59,402 nt of DNA from Acidimicrobiia bacterium (GTDB taxonomy: Bacteria; Actinomycetota; Acidimicrobiia; Spongiisociales; UBA5794), in assembly GCA_030066755.1 (NCBI GenBank), contig JASJAX010000043.1, forward strand, positions 1 through 59,402, written 5' to 3'. Shown here piece after piece: positions 9,470 through 18,295 of this stretch. A model generated the notes under the pieces. That model worked only from the letters and a program-made list of their open reading frames with translations, was not told the origin of the DNA and did no database searches. The position numbers and the translations under genes are program-made. Positions within the stretch are counted from its first letter, which is position 1. Every line of letters begins with the position of its first letter.

Positions 9470-9511
9470 CGACTGGCGACTGACGACTGGCGACTGGCGA
9501 CTGGCGACTGA
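9451..9511. repeat. Heptamer tandem repeat CGACTG(A/G), about 8 copies
   Basis: actga cgaccga cgactga cgactgg cgactga cgactgg cgactgg cgactgg cgactga, spanning the marR stop. Confidence 0.9.
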
Positions 9512-9571
9512 GGCGGGCTCGTCGATCCCGCCGGACCTGTCCCTCTCGGCCGCCTCCGGCGCCCCCTATCC

Positions 9572-9599
9572 TTGCCACCGAACATACGTTCGCTATGCT
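9572..9599 (+). promoter_or_regulatory. recA distal promoter with LexA (SOS) box
   Basis: TTGCCA (9572), then CGAACATACGTTCG (9579-9592), then TATGCT (9594). The box matches the Gram-positive CGAAC-N4-GTTCG consensus. Confidence 0.85.
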
Positions 9600-9626
9600 G
9601 TGGCACCAGATCACACCGCTGTAACT

Positions 9627-9648
9627 TGTCACACCGACTCGATACGGT
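9627..9648 (+). promoter_or_regulatory. RecA-NDp/PafBC-type DNA-damage promoter of recA
   Basis: TGTCAC-N10-TACGGT; the same layout recurs at 17327-17348. Confidence 0.7.
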
Positions 9649-9713
9649 GACACCACAGCATCAGGCAGATACGGCACACCCGGCATCGAGCCAGGAACGA
9701 AGGGAGCCTCCGA

Positions 9714-10760
9714 GTGGAGAAGGACAAGAGCCTCGACATGGCGCTGTCCCAGATCGAGCGACAGTTCGGCAAGGGCGCCATCATGAAGCTGAACGACAGC
9801 AACGTTCAGCAGATCAAGTCCATCCCCACTGGCGCTCTTGCGCTGGACCTGGCGTTGGGTATCGGCGGTGTGCCGCGTGGTCGGATCGTCGAGATCTACG
9901 GACCGGAGAGCAGCGGCAAGACGACGCTCGCGCTGCATGTCGTTGCCGAAGCGCAGCGCAACGGTGGCGTTGCGGCGTTCATCGATGCCGAGCACGCCCT
10001 CGACCCGGTCTACGCCCGGGCGCTCGGTGTCGATATCGACGAGCTCTACATTTCGCAGCCGGACACCGGTGAGCAGGCGCTCGAAATCGCCGACATGCTG
10101 ATTCGATCGGGTGCACTCGATGTGGTCGTTGTCGACTCCGTCGCCGCTCTCGTCCCGCGTGCGGAACTCGAGGGGGACATGGGCGACACGCACGTCGGAT
10201 TGCAGGCCCGGTTGATGTCGCAGGCGCTGCGGAAGCTGGCCGGAACCATCAATCGGTCGGAGACCACGGCCATCTTCATCAACCAGCTGCGGGAGAAGAT
10301 CGGTGTCATGTTCGGCTCGCCGGAGACCACGCCAGGCGGCCGAGCCCTCAAGTTCTACTCGAGCGTCCGGATCGACGTGCGTCGCATCGAGGCGATCAAG
10401 CAGGGGACCGACAACGTCGGGAACCGCGTTCGCGCCAAGATCGTGAAGAACAAGGTGGCCCCGCCGTTCCGTCTCGCTGAGTTCGACATCATGTTCGGTG
10501 AGGGAATCTCGCGTGAAGGCAGCCTCCTCGATGTCGCCGTTGAACACGGCATCGTGCGCAAATCCGGGGCCTGGTACACCTTCGACGGCGACCAACTGGG
10601 TCAAGGTCGAGAGAAGGCCAAGCTCTTCATTCGAGAGAATCCTGAGATCGCAGTTCAGCTGCAGGATCGGGTGCTCCGTGCCGTCGGAGTGATCCAGGAT
10701 GACGAGGACGCCGACTCGGCACCAGAGAACATCGAGGCGGCCGCAGACGGCGACGACTGA
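9714..10760 (+). CDS. recA: Recombinase A
   Basis: [55 protein letters not shown]. Confidence 0.99.
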   Translation: MEKDKSLDMALSQIERQFGKGAIMKLNDSNVQQIKSIPTGALALDLALGIGGVPRGRIVEIYGPESSGKTTLALHVVAEAQRNGGVAAFIDAEHALDPVYARALGVDIDELYISQPDTGEQALEIADMLIRSGALDVVVVDSVAALVPRAELEGDMGDTHVGLQARLMSQALRKLAGTINRSETTAIFINQLREKIGVMFGSPETTPGGRALKFYSSVRIDVRRIEAIKQGTDNVGNRVRAKIVKNKVAPPFRLAEFDIMFGEGISREGSLLDVAVEHGIVRKSGAWYTFDGDQLGQGREKAKLFIRENPEIAVQLQDRVLRAVGVIQDDEDADSAPENIEAAADGDD

Positions 10761-10781
10761 CGGACGCTGCGACGATCATCG

Positions 10782-10813
10782 GCCGAAGACCCGCCATGTG
10801 GCGGGTCTTCGGC
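10782..10813 (+). terminator. Hairpin after recA
   Basis: GCCGAAGACCCGCC-atgt-GGCGGGTCTTCGGC perfect stem; weak U tract. Confidence 0.7.
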
Positions 10814-10894
10814 GTTCGTGGCGAAACGAGGTCGCGAAAGCCAAAAAGGGTCGAGAATCGGTGTCGTTCTGGACCAACGTGGGGTACCATCGGG

Positions 10895-11058
10895 TGACGA
10901 CACACACACGAAATTGAAACACCAACGGAAGAAACTCGACCAATGCACCTCGCACATCACGATCGAGAAAGGGGCAGGATCCTCGGCTGATACGCCGTCT
11001 TGATCAACGTGTGCTCCGTGTGTGTGCCGGACCCGTCAGGGTTCGGCACGTTTGCGTT
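10895..11058 (+). ncRNA. Candidate structured RNA or rny leader
   Basis: TACCAT -10 at 10885. CACACACACG (10901-10910) is complementary to CGTGTGTGTG (11017-11026). Internal hairpins, and a terminator-like stem at 11024-11049. Confidence 0.45.
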
Positions 11059-11084
11059 GAGTGGCTCCGAGAACGGGGGCCGGA

Positions 11085-12617
11085 ATGGAACAGTGGGCGA
11101 TCTCCACGATCATCGCCGCGCTGGTAGGGACCGTCGGGTTCTTTGCAGGCAGGGAAATGCACCGGCGGAGGACTCGAGAAGCGTCCGCATCGGCTGAGGA
11201 GGTCCTTGCCTCGGCGCGTCTCGACGCCCAACGAACCCTCGCCAGGGCCGAAGAGGACGCCCGCAGCCTCGCTGAGGCGTATCGCGAACGTGAGGACGCG
11301 TCGCTCGAACACCGTCGCCTCGAGGTCACGCACCTCGAAGAGCGTATGGTCCAGCGTGAGGCGACGCTCGAGCAACGAGCCAGCAACCTCGCGCAGCGTG
11401 AGGACATGCTCCTCGACAAAGAACGGACCATCGGCGACCGCAGCACTGAGCTCGAGTCTATGCGCGAGGAAGCGCGGGCGACGCTCGAGCGTGTCGCAGG
11501 GTTCGATGCGAAAGCGGCGAAGGAGGAACTCCTCCGCAAGGTCGAAGACGAAGCGCGGCGCGATGCCATGGTGCTCGTGCGTGACCTCGAGATGCGGGCA
11601 CGCGAGGAAGCCGAACGTCGATCACGGCGAATCCTGGCAACGACCGTGCAACGCCTCGCCGCCGAGGTCGTCTCGACGACGACCGTATCGGTCGTCCCGT
11701 TGCCCTCCGACGACATGAAGGGGCGGATCATCGGCCGAGATGGCCGCAATATCCGTGCCTTCGAAGCGGTCACCGGTGTGAACCTGATCGTCGACGACAC
11801 GCCGGAAGCCGTCTCCGTCTCGACGTTCGACCCGGTGCGGCGCGAAGTCGCGCGGATCACGTTGGAACGCCTCGTCGAAGACGGGCGCATCCACCCGGCA
11901 TCGATCGAGGAAGCCCACGAGAAGGCCAAGGATGAGGTCGAGCAATCCATTCGTGACGCCGGGGAGTGGGCGATGCTCGAAATCGGTCTCACCCGTATGC
12001 ACCCTGAGCTGATCAGCCTGACGGGCCGGCTCAAATACCGCACCTCCTACGGGCAGAACGTGCTCGAGCACCTCGTCGAATCTGGCCACATCGCCGGAAT
12101 GCTCGCCAGCGAGCTGGGGATCGACGCAGCAGAGGCGAAACGAGCTGCCTTCCTCCACGACATCGGCAAGGCGGTGAGCCACGAAGTAGGGGGCTCACAC
12201 GCCTTGATCGGGGCGGAGATCGCCCGGAGATTCGGTGAGGATCCGGCCATCGTGCACGCCATCGAGGCGCACCACAACGAGGTCGAGCCGCGAACCCTCA
12301 CGGCCATCCTCGTCCAGGCGGCGGACGCCGTTTCCGCAGCGCGGCCCGGAGCACGCCGGGAGGCCCTCGAGTCCTACGTGCGGAGGCTCGAGCGGCTCGA
12401 GGAGATGGCAGGAGCCTTTCCCGGCGTCGAGCGGGTCTTCGCCATGCAGGCAGGCCGCGAGGTACGTGTCGTGGTGGATCCGGGAGAGATCGATGATCTC
12501 GGGTCGACCGAACTCGCACGCAACATCGCCAAGCGCCTCGAGGAGGACCTGCAATACCCCGGCCAGATCGAGGTGACCGTGATCCGCGAATACCGGGCAA
12601 CGGACTACGCCCGGTAG
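11085..12617 (+). CDS. rny: Ribonuclease Y
   Basis: N-terminal TM, coiled coil, KH domain (DDMKGRIIGRDGRNIRAFE), HD domain (RTSYGQNVLEH, LHDIGKA), AARPGARRE. Confidence 0.98.
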   Translation: MEQWAISTIIAALVGTVGFFAGREMHRRRTREASASAEEVLASARLDAQRTLARAEEDARSLAEAYREREDASLEHRRLEVTHLEERMVQREATLEQRASNLAQREDMLLDKERTIGDRSTELESMREEARATLERVAGFDAKAAKEELLRKVEDEARRDAMVLVRDLEMRAREEAERRSRRILATTVQRLAAEVVSTTTVSVVPLPSDDMKGRIIGRDGRNIRAFEAVTGVNLIVDDTPEAVSVSTFDPVRREVARITLERLVEDGRIHPASIEEAHEKAKDEVEQSIRDAGEWAMLEIGLTRMHPELISLTGRLKYRTSYGQNVLEHLVESGHIAGMLASELGIDAAEAKRAAFLHDIGKAVSHEVGGSHALIGAEIARRFGEDPAIVHAIEAHHNEVEPRTLTAILVQAADAVSAARPGARREALESYVRRLERLEEMAGAFPGVERVFAMQAGREVRVVVDPGEIDDLGSTELARNIAKRLEEDLQYPGQIEVTVIREYRATDYAR

Positions 12618-12720
12618 TCACCGGGCTGGCGAGGTCGGCCCGCCGCTCGGGGTTCGATAGAATCTCAGCACCGCAAGCCCGGGGTGAACCCGTGCGGCGC
12701 GCCGCAACCACCGAAGGACC

Positions 12721-14106
12721 ATGACTGAGACGATCCTGCTCGGGATGCCGAAGCGCAAGCCGGAGCGTGCGCCGAGTCGCACGGGCCGGAGCTTCTTCGT
12801 GCGTACGTATGGCTGTCAGATGAACGACCACGACTCCGAACGCATCGCTGGACTCCTGGCCTCGGACGGCATGGTCGCCGCCGAGCGGCCCGAGGACGCC
12901 GATGTCGTCGTCCTCAACACGTGCACGATCCGGGAGAATGCCGACCAGCGTCTGTACGGCTACCTCGGTGCACTGAAACGAGCCAAACAGCAGCGACCCG
13001 ACATGCAGATCATGGTCGGGGGATGTATGGCACAGAAGGACCGGGGCACGATCCAAGAACGGGCGGAATGGGTCGACGTGGTGTTCGGCACGCACAACAC
13101 CCACCGCGTGCTCGAGCTTCTCGATCATGCCGAAGAATGGGGTCCGGTCACCGAGATCTGGGAAGAGACGACGTCCATCGAAGACATCCCGTCGACGTTG
13201 CCGAGCCATCGAGAATCGGAACACTCGGCATGGGTGACCATCACGATCGGCTGCAACAACTCCTGTACCTTCTGCATCGTCCCCATCGTCCGCGGCGCCG
13301 AGATCAGCCGTCGGCCCGGAGACGTGATCGACGAGGTTCGGCGTCTCGTAGCCGACGGCGTGGCCGAGGTGACTCTTCTCGGCCAGAACGTGAACTCCTA
13401 CGGCCGCGACCTCGACTTGAACGGGCGCAAGCCACTCTTCGCCGACCTGTTGCGCAGAGTCGGCGAGGTCGAAGGGATCCGCCGCATTCGCTATACGAGC
13501 CCACACCCCAAGGACCTCCGCGAGGACGTGGCGATTGCGATGGCTGAGACACCGGCGGTCTGCGAACAGCTTCACCTTCCGCTCCAGTCCGGCAGCGCCC
13601 GGATCCTCTCGGCGATGCATCGGGGCTACAACGGGGAGCGCTTCCTCGAGAAGCTCGCCATGGCACGATCCATCATTCCGGATCTCGCGGTCTCCACCGA
13701 CGTCATCGTCGGCTTTCCGGGAGAAACCGAACAGGACTTCCAGGCGACGCTCGACGTCGTCGAGGAGTCCCGGTTCGACAGCGCATTCATGTTCCAGTTC
13801 TCGCCGCGGCCGGGTACCCCCGCAGCGGAGATGGGGGACCGGGTCCCGGCGGAGGTGATCCAGGAGCGATTCGATCGCCTGGTCGAGCTCCAGAACCGCA
13901 TCACTCTCGAACGCAACCAGGAGATGGTCGGGCAGCGCTACGAGATCATGGTGGAGGGCCCATCAAAACGTGATCCGTCGCTGATCACCGGTCGTACTCG
14001 CGGGAACAAGCTCGTCCACGTTCCCGGGTCCTGGGAGCCGGGAACCTTCTTCGACGCGGAGATCGTGCGGGCGGCACCTCACCATTTGATCGGGAGCCTT
14101 GTCTGA
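12721..14106 (+). CDS. miaB: tRNA-i6A37 methylthiotransferase
   Basis: TYGCQMNDHDSE, LNTCTIRENA, GCNNSCTFCIVP, YTSPHP, TRAM domain. Confidence 0.97.
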   Translation: MTETILLGMPKRKPERAPSRTGRSFFVRTYGCQMNDHDSERIAGLLASDGMVAAERPEDADVVVLNTCTIRENADQRLYGYLGALKRAKQQRPDMQIMVGGCMAQKDRGTIQERAEWVDVVFGTHNTHRVLELLDHAEEWGPVTEIWEETTSIEDIPSTLPSHRESEHSAWVTITIGCNNSCTFCIVPIVRGAEISRRPGDVIDEVRRLVADGVAEVTLLGQNVNSYGRDLDLNGRKPLFADLLRRVGEVEGIRRIRYTSPHPKDLREDVAIAMAETPAVCEQLHLPLQSGSARILSAMHRGYNGERFLEKLAMARSIIPDLAVSTDVIVGFPGETEQDFQATLDVVEESRFDSAFMFQFSPRPGTPAAEMGDRVPAEVIQERFDRLVELQNRITLERNQEMVGQRYEIMVEGPSKRDPSLITGRTRGNKLVHVPGSWEPGTFFDAEIVRAAPHHLIGSLV

Positions 14107-15020
14107 CCTGCATTGCCGTGCTCGGGCCGACCGCGGCCGGCAAGACCGATGTGGCCGTCGCCCTGGCCGATCGATACGGCGGGGAGATCCTCAGCGTTGA
14201 TTCGATGCAGATCTACCGCGGCATGGACCTCGGTACGGCCAAGGTCGATGCCGAGACCGCGGCCCGGATCCCGCATCACTTGATCGACGTCGCTGACCCC
14301 GATGAGGCCTACAGCGTTGCCGAGTTCCAAGCCGCCGGACGCGCCGTGATCGGAGAACTCGAGGCGCGCGGCGTTCCGCCGGTCATTGTCGGCGGGTCCG
14401 GTCTTCACTTTCGGGCGCTCGTCGACCCCCTCGACTTTCCCCCGACGGACGTTGCCCTGCGGGCGGAGCTCGAGGCCACGGACGACGCCCTGTTGATCGG
14501 CGAGCTGCTCCTCGCCGATCCCGAAGCAGGTCAGTACGTCGACCTCGCCAACCCGCGTCGAGTGCTGCGAGCCGTCGAGATCCTGCGGCTCACGGGCATG
14601 ACCCCTTCGCAACGAGCCGAGCACGACGACGCTCGCGCAATCCGGAGCTACGAACCGCTGATCCCATTCCGTGCGATCGGCCTTGATCCGGGCGACCGAC
14701 TCGGGGCACGGGTCACGGCTCGTTTCGATGCCATGTTGGCCGGCGGGCTCGTGAACGAAGTCACCGAGCTCGCCCCGATTCTCGGGTCGACCGCACGTCA
14801 GGCAGTCGGCTACAAGGAGCTCCTCGGCGTCGTCTCGGGCGAATACGACGTGGCCGAAGGCCGGCGTCGAGCGATCCAGGCGACACTCGCATTGGCGAAA
14901 CGCCAGCGCACATTCTTCCGCCGGGATCCGCGAATACGCTGGCTGCCGTGGCACGATGATGTCCACCAGCGGGTGCGCACCGCCTTTGCCGCGATCGAGG
15001 ATGACGCATGGACTTCGTGA
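14103..15020 (+). CDS. miaA: tRNA dimethylallyltransferase; start CTG 14103 or GTG 14118
   Basis: GPTAAGKT, SVDSMQIYRGMDLGTAK, PHHLID, NPRRVLRAVE, AKRQRTFFR. Confidence 0.95.
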   Translation: MTCIAVLGPTAAGKTDVAVALADRYGGEILSVDSMQIYRGMDLGTAKVDAETAARIPHHLIDVADPDEAYSVAEFQAAGRAVIGELEARGVPPVIVGGSGLHFRALVDPLDFPPTDVALRAELEATDDALLIGELLLADPEAGQYVDLANPRRVLRAVEILRLTGMTPSQRAEHDDARAIRSYEPLIPFRAIGLDPGDRLGARVTARFDAMLAGGLVNEVTELAPILGSTARQAVGYKELLGVVSGEYDVAEGRRRAIQATLALAKRQRTFFRRDPRIRWLPWHDDVHQRVRTAFAAIEDDAWTS

Positions 15021-15760
15021 AGATGGAAGGCCTCGGCAACGACTTCATCGTCGTGGCCGGCCCGGTCGACCTCGACGTTGCATCGATCCAGCAGTTGTGT
15101 GACCGTCGGTTCGGGATCGGAGGCGACGGCGTCCTCGAGGTATCTCGGGTCGATCGATCACGGATCCGCATGCGCTACTGGAACGCCGACGGTGGCGAAG
15201 CCGAGATGTGTGGGAACGGATTGCGGTGTCTGGCTCGGCTTGCGGTGCTGCGTGGCTGGGTCGAGGGTTCGTCGCTGATCGTCGACACTGCGGTCGGTCC
15301 GATGCCGGCGACCGTGCTCGACGACGGTTCCGTCCGTGCGCTGGTTGGTGAGCCCGAGGTCACGGCTGGACCGACCGAGATCGCCGGTCACGTGGTGCAC
15401 CCGATCAGCGTCGGCAATCCACATGGCGTGGTGTTCGTCGATGATCCGGAGACCGTCGACCTCGCTGTCATCGGGCCGCAAATCGAGCATGACGAGTTCT
15501 TCCCGGACAGAGCGAACGTCGAGTTCGCCACGGTCGAGGGCTTGGCGAGCATCCGAGCACGCATCTGGGAACGCGGCGTCGGGGAAACCATGGCGTCGGG
15601 GACGGGGGCGACTGCGGCGGCATACGCAGCGATTCAATACCGCGAGGTCGAGGCCCCGTGCACCGTCAGAGTGCCCGGCGGGTCACTCACGATCGAGTTG
15701 GAAGGTGCCCAGGCCTGGATGGTCGGACCGGCGAATGTGGTGTACGAAGGTCGGGTGTGA
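15008..15760 (+). CDS. dapF: Diaminopimelate epimerase with the second catalytic Cys replaced by Ser
   Basis: KMEGLGNDF, NADGGEAEMCGNG, VGNPH, WERGVGETMASGTG; follows miaA as usual. Confidence 0.88.
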   Translation: MDFVKMEGLGNDFIVVAGPVDLDVASIQQLCDRRFGIGGDGVLEVSRVDRSRIRMRYWNADGGEAEMCGNGLRCLARLAVLRGWVEGSSLIVDTAVGPMPATVLDDGSVRALVGEPEVTAGPTEIAGHVVHPISVGNPHGVVFVDDPETVDLAVIGPQIEHDEFFPDRANVEFATVEGLASIRARIWERGVGETMASGTGATAAAYAAIQYREVEAPCTVRVPGGSLTIELEGAQAWMVGPANVVYEGRV

Positions 15761-15767
15761 CGCCGGC

Positions 15768-16445
15768 TCAGGCGTACCGGCGTTCGCGAGCGAACTTCTT
15801 CCAGTCGGAGCTTTTGGTCGACCACAGAACGTCGGTGGCTACTTGGCCGATGCCGACGACGAGGAGCACGGCCCAGGCCCAGCCCGGGGCCTCCATGCCC
15901 CAGGCGGCTCCGAGCAGCACGAACGGGATCGCCTTGGTGACGAGCGCACCAGAGGCGTGCATCCACGCCCTGGCCATCGCCGGCGTCCGCAAGTAGGTGG
16001 CGTAGTCGATCTTGACCCCCGGTTGCGGCCGGCGCATCGTGCCGACGAACCAGTGGGTGAATCGCATCCCGGACCGGGCCCCGGCGACGAGGTGCCCGAG
16101 GCCGTGCGTGGGGACCAGCACGATTCCCAACCCTGCGAGCAGGAGCAGTCCGTTCCACGGGTCGTCGACGTAGTAGGCGGCCGCGATGACGACCAGGCCG
16201 ACGACGGTGCCGGCGACAGCGAGTGTCGTGCCCAGACCAAATGGAATCGTGAACAACGCCCACCGTTCGAAGAGCGCCCGATCGAGCCGGCCCACGCGGT
16301 CGGCGAAGGCTTCGACGTGATCACTGTCACGCTTGATCGCACCCACCGCCCGCCAGAAGCCCGTGGATCGAAGATCAACGGGTCCCTCTGCATCGAGCGC
16401 ACGTTCGGTTGCGTCGAGGGCTGACTGGACTTCGTCGTGGGTCAT
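15768..16445 (-). CDS. Membrane protein of unknown function
   Basis: Four or five hydrophobic segments; PTHGLGH resembles a degenerate HExGH motif. Confidence 0.7.
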   Translation of the reverse strand: MTHDEVQSALDATERALDAEGPVDLRSTGFWRAVGAIKRDSDHVEAFADRVGRLDRALFERWALFTIPFGLGTTLAVAGTVVGLVVIAAAYYVDDPWNGLLLLAGLGIVLVPTHGLGHLVAGARSGMRFTHWFVGTMRRPQPGVKIDYATYLRTPAMARAWMHASGALVTKAIPFVLLGAAWGMEAPGWAWAVLLVVGIGQVATDVLWSTKSSDWKKFARERRYA

Positions 16446-16504
16446 GGAATCCCTTTCGGCCGAAACCCGAGCATAGGCACGGATTCGCCGGGGATTCCGG
16501 TCCG

Positions 16505-17155
16505 CTAGTCGACTCGGCGAAGCACGGCGACGACCACACCGAGGATCTCGACGCCCTCGCTGAACACCATGGGCGGGTAGTCGGGGTTCTCCGCCTTGAG
16601 GATGACCCGGTTGTCCATCCGCTGGATACGCTTCACGGTGGCTTCCTCGCCATCGACGAGGGCGGCCACCATCTGGCCATCACGAGCGTCCGGCTGCCGT
16701 TTCACGACCACGTAGTCGCTGTCGAAGATGCCGGCGTCGACCATCGAGTCGCCCCGAACTCGCAGCATGAAGACCGGTTCGTTGCCGACGAGTTCGGTGG
16801 GGAGGGGGTAGATCTCCTCGATGTCTTGATCGGCGAGGATCGGCGACCCGGCGGCGATCCGACCGACGAGCGGTACGTCGCGGACCGGAGCTCGGACGAG
16901 AGAGCGTTCGTCGTGTCCGTCATCGAGGACTTCGATGGCTCGAGGCTTGCTCGGATCCCGTCGTAGGTAGCCCGCCTTGGTGAGTGCGGAGAGGTGGGAG
17001 TGCACGGTCGATGGCGAGTTCAACCCAACGGCCTCGCCGATTTCACGAACTGAGGGCGGATAGCCCCGATCGTGAACCGTGCGGAGGATGTAGTCGAGAA
17101 TCTGGCGTTGACGTCCGGTCAGTTCGGCCCGTTCGGCGCCCGAGCGCTCGTTCAT
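16505..17155 (-). CDS. lexA: SOS repressor LexA
   Basis: LTGRQRQIL, GYPPSVREIG, cleavage site in GRIAAG, catalytic Ser (GDSM) and Lys (ATVK). Confidence 0.98.
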   Translation of the reverse strand: MNERSGAERAELTGRQRQILDYILRTVHDRGYPPSVREIGEAVGLNSPSTVHSHLSALTKAGYLRRDPSKPRAIEVLDDGHDERSLVRAPVRDVPLVGRIAAGSPILADQDIEEIYPLPTELVGNEPVFMLRVRGDSMVDAGIFDSDYVVVKRQPDARDGQMVAALVDGEEATVKRIQRMDNRVILKAENPDYPPMVFSEGVEILGVVVAVLRRVD

Positions 17156-17208
17156 GGGTGCCCCTTCGTGCTTGCTGCGCACAGGGTAGCCCGAATTTCG
17201 CGAGAAAC

Positions 17209-17277
17209 CAAACATATGTTCGACTTGACAATCGAACATCTGTTCCCTTACAGTGGCGCGACACGAACACCTGTTCG
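17209..17277. promoter_or_regulatory. Three LexA boxes overlapping a sigmaA-type promoter
   Basis: CAAACATATGTTCG (17209), CGAACATCTGTTCC (17233), CGAACACCTGTTCG (17264). TTGACA 17225 and TACAGT 17249 on the + strand. Confidence 0.88.
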
Positions 17278-17326
17278 AGTGGCATCTCCCACCCGAGCGA
17301 CAGACCACTCCAACAGCATCGGTTTC

Positions 17327-17348
17327 TGTCACAGCCCCTCGATACGGT
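17327..17348 (+). promoter_or_regulatory. RecA-NDp/PafBC-type promoter of the LysM gene
   Basis: TGTCAC-agcccctcga-TACGGT, near-identical to the recA site. Confidence 0.7.
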
Positions 17349-17441
17349 GTTCGTGTCATCGGGAAACGCCCCCGATGCACAGTGGATCCGGCACCGCCGG
17401 GTCATCTACACGGTAGGTAGGAAGCAGGAGGAGCGGCCAGG

Positions 17442-17720
17442 ATGTCTCGACAGACCACTGCCCAGACACGAGTGTTGGTCATCATCTCCACGATCGTCGT
17501 CGTCGTGGCCCTCCTCCTGCTCTCCACCGGGTCGGCGAGCGGTGCAGAACCGGCCGTGCTCTACACGGTCCAATCGGGTGACACACTCTGGGACATCGCA
17601 GAAGCGGTGAGCAGCGAGGGTGAAGACGTACGGGCAACCGTGGTCGAGATCAAGCAGCTCAACGATCTCCCATCGAGTTTGATCGTGCCCGGTCAAGTCT
17701 TGGTCGTCCCGGGCACCTGA
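17442..17720 (+). CDS. TM plus LysM protein, probable SOS cell-division inhibitor (YneA/ChiZ/DivS-like)
   Basis: One TM, then YTVQSGDTLWDIA...IKQLN...IVPGQVLVVP. Divergent from lexA and upstream of nrdR. Confidence 0.85.
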   Translation: MSRQTTAQTRVLVIISTIVVVVALLLLSTGSASGAEPAVLYTVQSGDTLWDIAEAVSSEGEDVRATVVEIKQLNDLPSSLIVPGQVLVVPGT

Positions 17721-17843
17721 TCGGCACGCCAAACCGGGATGCCGAACGGCGCTGCTGATCGAGTGCACGAGGCGGGCCACGCTGTCGCCGACGTCGAACC
17801 AGGCAGAGCCGACAGGTCCGAGCATGCGGTACCCTCCAAGGCG

Positions 17844-18293
17844 ATGCGCTGTCCGTTGTGCTCCACCGAAGACACCCGGGTCGTTGACAGCCGCCCGTCG
17901 GACGCCGGTGCGACGATCCGGCGACGCCGCGAGTGTGCGGCGTGCGGCCACCGTTTCACGACCTACGAGCGGTACGCCGTGACGATCACCGTGCGCAAGC
18001 GGGATGGATCGATCGAGGACTTCGACCCCGCGAAGATCCGTCGGGGAGTCGAGAGTGCGTTGGCGGACCGCCCCGTGCCGCCGGACACGATTGCCAAGAT
18101 CCTGTCTCGCGTCGATGCGATGGCCGCCGAAGACGGGCCGCAGGTCGAGGCCGATGCCATTGGCCGTGAGGTGCTCGCCGGGCTCCGAGACGCCGACGAG
18201 GTGGCCTACCTCCGCTTCGCATCCGTCTACAAGGAGTTCCAGGGCGCTCAGGACTTCGAGCGGGAGATGGCCGCACTCGAGCAAGACACCTGA
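17844..18293 (+). CDS. nrdR: Transcriptional repressor NrdR
   Basis: MRCPLC...RVVDSR...IRRRRECAACGHRFTTYE, ATP-cone, DEVAYLRFASVY. Confidence 0.98.
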   Translation: MRCPLCSTEDTRVVDSRPSDAGATIRRRRECAACGHRFTTYERYAVTITVRKRDGSIEDFDPAKIRRGVESALADRPVPPDTIAKILSRVDAMAAEDGPQVEADAIGREVLAGLRDADEVAYLRFASVYKEFQGAQDFEREMAALEQDT

Positions 18294-18295
18294 GG

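Noticed and set aside
9451-9511. Short repeats here and at 27082-27923 as a CRISPR array
   Set aside because: The units are 7 nt with no unique spacers, and there are no cas genes.
2425-14106. Two radical-SAM genes as a novel modification pathway
   Set aside because: They are ordinary RimO and MiaB in their usual neighbourhoods.
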